From: Bdellovibrionales bacterium
GTDB lineage: Bacteria; Bdellovibrionota; Bdellovibrionia; Bdellovibrionales; UBA1609
Reading direction: 5' to 3'
Assembly (NCBI GenBank): GCA_050250515.1
Contig: JBFWON010000001.1
Coordinates: forward strand, 30,035 to 94,034
Length of the DNA stretch: 64,000 nucleotides
Both the position numbers and the translations under genes were made by a program. Under the pieces are notes generated by a model. It had not been told where the DNA came from and did not search any database. It saw nothing but the letters and a program-made list of their open reading frames with translations. This document shows positions 38,063 through 45,520 of the stretch, piece by piece; the stretch's first letter is position 1; each line of letters starts with the position of its first letter.

Positions 38063-38605
38063 TTACAAAATCAAACGACGCAGTTCTTCCTGAGAGTAGA
38101 GGTAATCGGCGTAGACCATCGTGTTGGTGATGTTGCGATGACCTAGGGCCACCTGCACTAAACGCAGATCTTTGGTCTTCTTATACAGACGAATGGCGAA
38201 AGTATGTCGGAGGCAGTGAAGCTTCTTCTGCACGGGGCGATAGTGCTCCCAAATCTGTCGAAGGCGATTGTAGGAGATCGGAAACAAGTGATGATCTTGA
38301 GCGCGCTCCACCTCGCGCTGAAGCTTTTGAAAGAGCCAAGACGGTAGCGGGAGCTCCCGATCATTACTGCCCTTGAGTCCGTGAATGAACACGGATTCTT
38401 CATAACTATTCAGGTCCTCGACCTTAATATTCAAAACCTCACGAGCTCGGGCGCCCGTGTTGAGTAGAGTCCAGAGCAGTGTGCAGTTGCGCGGCTCCTG
38501 GTCCTGAAACGAGTGAAGAATGTGGACCAATCGATCGTGTTCCGGATCCAAGAGGTACTTATTTTTGTTGAGAGCATACCGGACTCTCGACGAGGCACTG
38601 GCCAT
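38063..38605 (-). mobile_element. Short tyrosine recombinase (catalytic domain only, 180 aa)
   Basis: GARAREV (Arg), HCLRHTF (HxxR), LGHRN (His), VYADY (Tyr). There is no N-terminal core-binding domain. Confidence 0.8.
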
Positions 38606-38643
38606 TTTTTGAAACTCCCGCGTGTGGAAAATCTATATATAAA

Positions 38644-38840
38644 ATAAGTTTATACGCCTTGAGCCAATCGGCGATTTCACTCGATGAGGGGAGTTTCTGA
38701 TTCAATTGGGCGACGATATTCAAGATAAGTCAACCACTTAGCACTGTAACTTATAGTTATAAGTGGTAGCTCAATTTGGAATCACCCTCACTTCTACCTA
38801 TTGAGCCATCCAGGCTCATTGATACATAAGTTGTAACCAC
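38644..38840. repeat. Cluster of short direct and inverted repeats in the AT-rich spacer next to the recombinase
   Basis: ATAAGT at 38644, 38725, 38759 and 38826; ACTTAT at 38749. ATAAGTCAACCAC (38725-38737) against ATAAGTTGTAACCAC (38826-38840). CCACTTA (38734) paired with TAAGTGG (38760). GCTCAAT (38769) paired with ATTGAGC (38800). Confidence 0.7.
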
Positions 38841-38937
38841 CCAGGCCCGTACCAAATAATTGTACTTTACAACGCTTTATCGTGTGATTCACAATTTAAA
38901 GAGGTGAAATACAACACGATGTTCGAGGGGGTTCCGC

Positions 38938-39423
38938 TTGGATTTTCATCTTGAGGACCACAGCTTCCAGGGGGTCGACCCATCGCCGGGTCGAAGCAAG
39001 ACGTCTCAGCGTTTAAAATACGAGGCGGAAATCAGGGTTTTTCGATCGAAATATGGGGGCCTTGAACAGGTCCGCCAGGGGATGGGCCTCACCCGTCGAA
39101 AGATTTGCCAGCTTTTAATGGTGGATCCTTCGGCATGGACAAGATGGCTACGGGATGAGGACAAAGTTCCGCCCGCCATCTATAGATCACTCGAAAGCAT
39201 GATTCTTTTGAATGAAAAGAACCCGGATTTGATGCGAGTTTTAGGGTCCAGGGTCAGTCAAAGCCTGGGGATCGAAAAAAGCTCGGAACTAAAGTTGAAA
39301 ATCGAGCATCTTGAGGCCGAATTAGACGCCTTAAAGTCTAAAAACCTAGCCTCCACGGCCAAAGCTATGACGCTTTTGATAGGTCTATTCTTTCTGGCGA
39401 TCCTGGTGCTGCTGATGCGGTAG
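38938..39423 (+). CDS. Membrane-anchored XRE/MqsA-type HTH protein (HTH, coiled coil, C-terminal TM)
   Basis: TTG start 7 nt after GAGGGG. GLTRRKICQLLMVDPSAWTRWLRDEDKVPPAIYRSLESMILLNEKNPDL resembles the MqsA/YiaG HTH. Tail LLIGLFFLAILVLLM. Confidence 0.45.
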   Translation: MDFHLEDHSFQGVDPSPGRSKTSQRLKYEAEIRVFRSKYGGLEQVRQGMGLTRRKICQLLMVDPSAWTRWLRDEDKVPPAIYRSLESMILLNEKNPDLMRVLGSRVSQSLGIEKSSELKLKIEHLEAELDALKSKNLASTAKAMTLLIGLFFLAILVLLMR

Positions 39424-40363
39424 AGCTCGAGCTTGTTAAATCCCGGAGGACGGATTTTCCAAATAAAACATAGCTGTCATTCACATGGGCGCTGGCCGCA
39501 AAATTCGGTTTTTGCATTAGGGTCCTGTGGGCCGTCGGTAAGTTGTAGCTTGGAATGGCAGGGTAGAGATGATGGCAAAGATGCAGGTTTACGTTGTGGG
39601 GCGAAAATAAGGAATTTTCAAGAGGGCCAGAGGTGATATCTCGAGAAGAATTCAATTCATGCTCCCGAGGCAGGCCAAAATGTTCCCCCACGCTTCGAAT
39701 TCTTTGCAGCAGAGGAAAGACCAGAAAGAGCGGTGCGATCCAATACAGAAAAACCATAGACCACCCGTGCAAGGCGGTAATGATCGTTGCCGCTAAAGCA
39801 AAGAATAAAGTCTTCTTAATCAAGCGCTTGCGTAACATTGAACTTGTAAAGGTCTCTCGTCGAGTCAGACCCGAATAAAATAGAACGATCTGACACCACT
39901 CTTTTAATCCGGCGAAAATCATAAAATAAGGTAAAAAAGCTGCGATTTTTGCTTTCGTGACCGGAAAATTCCATTCGGCGAGATCCTTTTTTCGAATCCA
40001 GTCAGGATCCTTGTCCGTATTCAGATGTTCGTGGTGACGGTAATGAGTTTCTCGATAAGTGTCCATATCGAAGAGGACTGGATAGGCCGCAAGCCAATTG
40101 GCAATTCGATCGTTCCATCGTTTTCGAGCCGCCAGATGTTTGTGCACCCCTTCGTGGACCATAATAAAAAGTCCATGTTGGCGTCCCGCAATCACGAGGA
40201 CTGCAAGTAGATAGATCCAGATGTTGTTTGCTTGCTCAGAGAGAGTCGCCATTCCTAATATGATGATCCAATCCTGTAGGAGTAGCAACCAGCTCTTCCA
40301 AAATTTGGGTCTAGTTAAATCTTGAAGCTCTGCCTTAGTAAAAAAAGTTTGTCCTGCACTCAT
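39365..40363 (-). CDS. Membrane fatty-acid desaturase family protein (three His boxes)
   Basis: HEGVH, HYRHHEH, HLCHH. TM helices. Starts 6 nt downstream of the GNAT-like gene. Confidence 0.8.
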   Translation of the reverse strand: MSAGQTFFTKAELQDLTRPKFWKSWLLLLQDWIIILGMATLSEQANNIWIYLLAVLVIAGRQHGLFIMVHEGVHKHLAARKRWNDRIANWLAAYPVLFDMDTYRETHYRHHEHLNTDKDPDWIRKKDLAEWNFPVTKAKIAAFLPYFMIFAGLKEWCQIVLFYSGLTRRETFTSSMLRKRLIKKTLFFALAATIITALHGWSMVFLYWIAPLFLVFPLLQRIRSVGEHFGLPREHELNSSRDITSGPLENSLFSPHNVNLHLCHHLYPAIPSYNLPTAHRTLMQKPNFAASAHVNDSYVLFGKSVLRDLTSSSSTASAAPGSPERIDLSKAS

Positions 40364-40369
40364 ATTGAA

Positions 40370-41074
40370 CTAAGCCGCCTTCGGAAATGTCGCAGATTCG
40401 AAGCGACCGACTGTTCGTTCCCCATGAACGACCCGTCGTTCCCACAGATTTTCTACAAACTGGCTGACCTCCGCAGTTTTCCCTAAAACGGCCGTCTTTC
40501 GATCAATGGCGATGATGTCCACTTCGACATTGTGCTGTGAGTAGCCGGACTTTAGGCATTTAGCACCATGCCCGTAGCAAAGTTGGTTCACTTTTCGATC
40601 ATTGCGAGTGTAAGCAATCAGGTGGTCACAATCCGAGGATAAGAATCGCTTACATCCGAGCCCTATCAGACCATCTGCAATGATGCCGTTGTTCACTTTG
40701 CGCCACTCGGGCACCACGGCTAAATTCCCCATACTCATAACCAGGTGGGCGCCTAGTTCCTTGAGTTGGGCAAGCGTTTCTGGTGGGTAAGCTTTGAAGT
40801 ACGAATGATTGAGGTGGGATCTCAATTGGAAATTGTGCCATCCATAGCAGAAAACTCCAATGACACGATTGCCCTCGAAGATAGCCGTGACTTCGTCCTG
40901 TCGGTCAAATTCGTCAGAAAAGAGGTGTTCAAGTCCCTTAATTTCTCTAAACGTTTGTGACCAGATGGTGTGCCAACAATCGTAGACCCTTTCGTATAGG
41001 GCCACGGCTTCCTGATGGTCTTGCCATCGATCTGTAAATATATGATAAGATAGGGATTGTGGTAATTTGCTCAT
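40370..41074 (-). CDS. GNAT-fold N-acyltransferase resembling N-acyl amino acid synthase / LuxI-like / bacterial ceramide synthase families
   Basis: SDEFDRQDEVTAIFEGNRVIGVF...MGNLAVVPEWRK...ADGLIG pattern. ATG at 41074 follows GGAG with an 8-nt spacer; the track start is 41128. The family call is tentative. Confidence 0.5.
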   Translation of the reverse strand: MSKLPQSLSYHIFTDRWQDHQEAVALYERVYDCWHTIWSQTFREIKGLEHLFSDEFDRQDEVTAIFEGNRVIGVFCYGWHNFQLRSHLNHSYFKAYPPETLAQLKELGAHLVMSMGNLAVVPEWRKVNNGIIADGLIGLGCKRFLSSDCDHLIAYTRNDRKVNQLCYGHGAKCLKSGYSQHNVEVDIIAIDRKTAVLGKTAEVSQFVENLWERRVVHGERTVGRFESATFPKAA

Positions 41075-41207
41075 GCTTTTTTCTCCGGCCATAATTGTCG
41101 GTTGGAAAAGCATTTGGATTGAGGCCAATAAACAACTCTAGGACTAATTCTGGCCATTCCGAAGGAGCCATTTGCCTGGCGGACCGCGGCATGCTAGTTT
41201 TCATGAA

Positions 41208-41963
41208 ATGAACAATTTAGCCCTTTCTCAAAATCTTTTTAAGTTTAACGAGGGAATCTCCTTCTTAGATGAGTTTGTCCATTTGTCGTCCCGAGTTTCG
41301 GAATTGGCAAATGAGGTGGGCATTCAAATAACCCCTTTCCGCAATTCGAATCTTCCGCACTTTTCGCGAAAATCCGAGGAGGAAAAGAGCCGCGTTATTT
41401 GGGATCTTCGAAACTACGTAACGGTTTGTGAGAAGGTCCAGGATGATGGGGGCGACCTCAAGGATCCCGTCACTGTTACATGGATGGCTATAAAAGAAAT
41501 GGGTATGCGCCCACCTTCTGATTTATTTTCCCATATCACGGCTGACAATGTGATTGAATTTCACAACCAGGATGGGATTCAGATTTTCCGAAATTTTCAT
41601 TTTTATCAGTATTGCAGCTATTCTTTGGAGGAGCTCTACTGTTTTCCGTGGAGCACGCTCTATTCAAGGAATGAAGAGGCGCTCAATTCATTACTTCGGA
41701 TATTTGGGAGTTTTTACTGTGGTGAAATGAAGACCGGAGTAAGGACGGGTATTGCTCCACACATTATCGAAGAGATTTACTCTCCCTTTAAATACAAAAT
41801 TTATGCAAGCCAGGATTATGCGGCCCCGTTGTTTGATCTTACGGGGCGTCCTATTGCCTCTATTATAGTCGAGACGGGTAGGTTAGTGAACGCCCCTCTG
41901 TCTCCTGAGGAAGAGGAGCGTATTTTGTTGAATCATCAGAGCTATTTCGATTTCCAACTCTAA
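41208..41963 (+). CDS. Hypothetical protein with PAS-like C-terminal half and no output domain
   Basis: DNVIEFHNQDGIQIFRNFHFYQYCSYSLEELYCFPWSTLY...DLTGRPIASIIVETGRLV fits a PAS-fold spacing pattern. Locally AT-rich. Track start is 41172. Confidence 0.4.
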   Translation: MNNLALSQNLFKFNEGISFLDEFVHLSSRVSELANEVGIQITPFRNSNLPHFSRKSEEEKSRVIWDLRNYVTVCEKVQDDGGDLKDPVTVTWMAIKEMGMRPPSDLFSHITADNVIEFHNQDGIQIFRNFHFYQYCSYSLEELYCFPWSTLYSRNEEALNSLLRIFGSFYCGEMKTGVRTGIAPHIIEEIYSPFKYKIYASQDYAAPLFDLTGRPIASIIVETGRLVNAPLSPEEEERILLNHQSYFDFQL

Positions 41964-42607
41964 ACGGCCCGTCGAATCGACTTTGTCTCCGCTAGTTCTT
42001 TACTCTTGATAAGCACTTCTCGATAGAGGTCGCTCGAAAGATCGAGGTTCTCCATCGCGAGCTTGGCTTCATCTTGGTTGAGTTTATCCATGTTCCGAAA
42101 GGCTTCGTCGAGATGTCCTACGTCGGCTTCACTGTGAAGTTTGATGAATTTGGCGGATTGGGGGCCGTGCGCATCATGGACTCTTTTGTGAATTTCTGGA
42201 CCATAGTATTCGGCGATAGCTTCAAGTGCCAAGGTGTAACCAAAAAATGAAGCTGCGTTCAGATGTTGAATCCAATAGTACTGAACTTGATACATCGCTT
42301 GCGACGGGGCCAGGGCAGGGATGTCGGAGGGCTGATAGCCGAGCGCTTTCAGATCGGAAATGGCGATGAGTTGATGACCACGCTCCTCTTTTGAGTGATC
42401 AACGAATCGTTCGTGCAAGAAGCTTCTCTCGATTGGGGCGTAGGCACCTGCCAGCGCCACTAATCGGGTCGAATGGTTGACCATATAGAATGTTTGTCCT
42501 AGCCAGATGGCGTACGCTTCCCTGTTTTCCCACGGATAATCGTGAATAAAAGGTCCTGTCTTATCCATCTGCTGTTTGGCGGCCTCGCGAAAATTGATCA
42601 TATTCAC
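41960..42607 (-). CDS. Heme-oxygenase-like di-iron oxidase (iron-containing redox enzyme family)
   Basis: All-helical, 215 aa. Ligand motifs EERGH (ExxH), LALEAIAE, HSEADVGH (Hx3Dx2H), as in the CADD/UndA/SznF-type HDO family. Confidence 0.65.
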   Translation of the reverse strand: MNMINFREAAKQQMDKTGPFIHDYPWENREAYAIWLGQTFYMVNHSTRLVALAGAYAPIERSFLHERFVDHSKEERGHQLIAISDLKALGYQPSDIPALAPSQAMYQVQYYWIQHLNAASFFGYTLALEAIAEYYGPEIHKRVHDAHGPQSAKFIKLHSEADVGHLDEAFRNMDKLNQDEAKLAMENLDLSSDLYREVLIKSKELAETKSIRRAV

Positions 42608-42793
42608 CTCTCTTGAAATTGTTTAATATCATCATGGCTCCCGAAGGACCCTTCAAGTCCGGAATGAAAAAGCTAACCCAAGGCATGGTTCCAAGCCCCA
42701 GCATTCAGTCTTTGGTGTAAGCAACAGAAATCCTTGGGTGTTTCTGGTCTGGAATTGAATCACAGATAGAATTTTTAGACTGGACGACGTAGA

Positions 42794-45412
42794 ATGTGGA
42801 ATTCACGGAGGATTCGAGTGGTCCGCCTATTGATGGTTGCGGTTTTGTTTCTGTTCAATACCACGTGCACGCGGTCAGTCCCCAATGTCTCGCTGCGCTT
42901 ATCGATTCCGGCGCCTTCGGGGCTAGCGGACTTAGATGCGAATGATCTACTGGAAGTGGTCATCGTTAATATTCATATTCCGGGAAAGCCTCTCCTAGTG
43001 CGCGAGTTCAATTTTGAAAACCAGTCGATTCCATTGGGGCAGGACTTAAATCTAGATATAAACGACGTCCCCGCCGGATCAGGGGTTTTCGTTCAAGTGC
43101 TAACGGTTTATTCCAATCAGGTGAACGGCGTCTTTAAGTTTTTATATGGTGATGCGACCACCACGGTTTCATCGGGTGCGCCTCCCGTGGAAATTACGGC
43201 GGCCAATGCGGGAGCTTCGGATCGGATGATCCGATTGGCCGGGCGAATTTTGACCTCGACGGTGCCTGACGCAGGACCAACCGGGGTCCTCATCGCTCAG
43301 TTCCAGCCGCCCAACGGCAAGCCTTATATGAGCGTAGACAAAACTCCCATAGTGAATGGTTGGTTTCAAGCGTTTGCCATCGACTCGACGACCGCCGGAT
43401 TTCGCTACGTCATGGGCGATACGGTGGTCTTTGACAATTTGAATTCGCAATCGCCGGCACTGGCGACCTCGAACTCTCGACTTCAGGTGCGAAAACCGGT
43501 CAGTGCCCGCCGAGATAATAGCCAGACGCGCATGGACCCCGAAACGGACTACTACTTAGGCTTTTGGGGGGCAGGGAGCGGAAAGCAAGTGTGCTACGTG
43601 GACACCCATGAAGCTCTGCTCAATATTTACACCGACGCGACGTTGACGACGCCTCTCGAATATCGAAATACGGGTGCGACCACTGCCAATGTCCGCCCGG
43701 TGGCAGGAGGGAGTGCTGAATCTAACTATGGCGTCTTTGCCACTGCAGGATCAACCTGCACCAATCCGCAACTGCTCTCCGGCGATGCTCTTATTTTCCA
43801 CAATCAATATGCCAATGACGAGCGAGACTACGCGGGATTCCGAGTGCCCTATCAGGCACTGCGGCCATTCACTCTTCGCCCAAGCTATCTGATAGGCGAT
43901 TACTTCACGGGGCCTGATCGCTGGGAAATTAAGTGGAAATATCTGCCAGGGGCGGCTGTGACGGGATTGGGAACTGAAATTTGGGCCAAGTACGAAGCCA
44001 ATGGCGGGGGCGGTGGTGGCAAGAATGAATGCTCTCGATTAACAGAACAAGGATATCAACTGATCTCCTCCGTCGCCGCACCAACTGAAACTTACAGCTT
44101 TACGGGAGTCCCTGGCCAGCCCATGACTGCTGCCAATCGATATGATTTCCGAATTGCGGCCTGCGCTTATTATGAAGCTCCACAAGGACGCACTCAGTTG
44201 GGCGAGTACATTGAGGCCAATTGCTTAGGATCCAATTGCGGCGAAACGGAACACTTTGGTTGGGGTGTGAGTAATAAAACCATTTCGGGCGGGCAATTCT
44301 TTGATTCATTAACTCCTATCTCTGGAAAATCGCAAAGAGTCACTGGGGCCATTGCTAGCTTTGATAACTACACCTCACTCGCCGTGGGCTCGGAAGTCGG
44401 ATTTTTTTCGGGCCAAGAGGCTCTCGTTTTGGTGAACGGTGCGGGTAGCGCCACCGACTGTGGCTCGTATCAGGGGCAAACAATTGATGTGGGAACTTTT
44501 GGCTTTGCTCGAATCTTAAGTACCGGCACGGGGGAGATTCGAATCAGTAAAGGAACTTTCTTGGACGGAATCACGACGACGAATTTGTCGGCCGCGGCCA
44601 CGACTTCGACCTTTTGTTATGTGCAAATTGTCCAAATGATCCACTTTCGGGACATCACAATCACCGGTGGTCCCGCCAACTTGACCTTGGGAGCTGCATT
44701 TGATTATGGCGCGGGCGGCGGAGGCGTCATCGCCTTTCGGGCCAATGGAACACTCAATTTGGGCACCAGCGGAGATAAGATTGATGTATCCGCCAAAGGT
44801 TATCCTGGAGCGGACAGCACTAACGCCAATGGCGGCGGAGATCGACGTGCCCCCATCGGGTCGGGAATCAACCACATGGGCGGTCAGTACGGACTCGACG
44901 CAAGCGGAGGAGCCGGCTTCGGTGGCGGTGGGTCTGGTGCCATTACGACTGGAGGCATTGCCAGAACAGAAACCAATCAGGGGCTTCGTCTGGTCTTTGG
45001 GGGCGGCGCTGCAAGTAGTGGAGGCAGTGCCAATATGGGCCAAGGTGGCGGAATCGTCTTTATTGCGGCGAAGGAAATTGTCAGCGAGGGCGGCGGAGCG
45101 ATTTACGCCGATGGCGCGGGCTCAACGAGCTACAGTGGAGCTGGTGGTGGAAGCATTAACTTGATCACCAAAAAACTTTCGAAAGGCGCCTCCACTGGGG
45201 GAGTTAACTATTTGGCTCGTGGCGGAGACTCCAGTGCCACCAATAGTGGGGGCGGTGGTGGAGGCTTCGTTTCTGTGATTGCCTGCGCGAATGATCTGGC
45301 TTCAACGAATCTTCAAACCCTCGGTGGCGCGTTGACCGGTAGTGGTGTTGCCGGGTCGACAGGTTCAACTTCCGCCTATCCCAGCGCCACTAACTATGGG
45401 ATCTGCCGTTGA
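42794..45412 (+). CDS. Large secreted glycine-rich protein with beta-helix-like C-terminal repeats
   Basis: Hydrophobic N-terminus (LLMVAVLFLFNTTC). Repeated GGGG-hydrophobic rungs (GGGGVIAFRANG, GQGGGIVFIAAK, GGGAIYADG, GAGGGSINLI, GGGGGGFVSVIA). Confidence 0.6.
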   Translation: MWNSRRIRVVRLLMVAVLFLFNTTCTRSVPNVSLRLSIPAPSGLADLDANDLLEVVIVNIHIPGKPLLVREFNFENQSIPLGQDLNLDINDVPAGSGVFVQVLTVYSNQVNGVFKFLYGDATTTVSSGAPPVEITAANAGASDRMIRLAGRILTSTVPDAGPTGVLIAQFQPPNGKPYMSVDKTPIVNGWFQAFAIDSTTAGFRYVMGDTVVFDNLNSQSPALATSNSRLQVRKPVSARRDNSQTRMDPETDYYLGFWGAGSGKQVCYVDTHEALLNIYTDATLTTPLEYRNTGATTANVRPVAGGSAESNYGVFATAGSTCTNPQLLSGDALIFHNQYANDERDYAGFRVPYQALRPFTLRPSYLIGDYFTGPDRWEIKWKYLPGAAVTGLGTEIWAKYEANGGGGGGKNECSRLTEQGYQLISSVAAPTETYSFTGVPGQPMTAANRYDFRIAACAYYEAPQGRTQLGEYIEANCLGSNCGETEHFGWGVSNKTISGGQFFDSLTPISGKSQRVTGAIASFDNYTSLAVGSEVGFFSGQEALVLVNGAGSATDCGSYQGQTIDVGTFGFARILSTGTGEIRISKGTFLDGITTTNLSAAATTSTFCYVQIVQMIHFRDITITGGPANLTLGAAFDYGAGGGGVIAFRANGTLNLGTSGDKIDVSAKGYPGADSTNANGGGDRRAPIGSGINHMGGQYGLDASGGAGFGGGGSGAITTGGIARTETNQGLRLVFGGGAASSGGSANMGQGGGIVFIAAKEIVSEGGGAIYADGAGSTSYSGAGGGSINLITKKLSKGASTGGVNYLARGGDSSATNSGGGGGGFVSVIACANDLASTNLQTLGGALTGSGVAGSTGSTSAYPSATNYGICR

Positions 45413-45520
45413 TTTAGGCGTCTTCGTCGTGCCGCGCCAATCGAGCTAAATCGCACTCGATAAACGCTTGAACCCGCCCCTACTTTTCCCTATTCTCTTG
45501 CCTCCTGACTGGGAGGACTT

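Noticed and set aside
38919-38954. 11-codon upstream ORF (MFEGVPLGFSS) overlapping the TTG start of the HTH gene, with AAGAGGTGA 12 nt upstream.
   Set aside because: It is too short to evaluate, the spacing to the SD-like element is long, and it may be coincidental. It is noted only as a possible leader peptide.
42634-42720. 28-codon ORF (MAPEGPFKSGMKKLTQGMVPSPSIQSLV) in the gap upstream of the HDO gene, considered as a possible precursor peptide.
   Set aside because: No Shine-Dalgarno-like sequence precedes it. There are no Cys/Ser/Thr-rich core or leader features and no RiPP maturase is adjacent. It cannot be supported from sequence alone.
44516-45164. 175-aa (-) and 154-aa (+) ORFs overlapping the glycine-rich gene.
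   Set aside because: GGN-rich sequence keeps several frames open. Only the annotated frame is continuous for 872 codons with a signal-like N-terminus.
38606-45520. Clear island boundaries: att-type direct repeats or a compositional step for the accessory segment.
   Set aside because: I found no convincing direct repeat between the recombinase-proximal spacer and the 42608-42793 or 45413-45520 gaps. Hand-counted 100-nt GC samples were inconsistent (about 38% in two genes, about 48-49% in two others). The horizontal-transfer claim is therefore left as a hypothesis needing computation.
45480-45520. Short hairpin CCTCC-TGACTG-GGAGG overlapping the ldh ribosome-binding site, considered as a riboregulator.
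   Set aside because: The stem is only 5 bp and I recognised no conserved riboswitch or T-box features. It is probably just the SD region.
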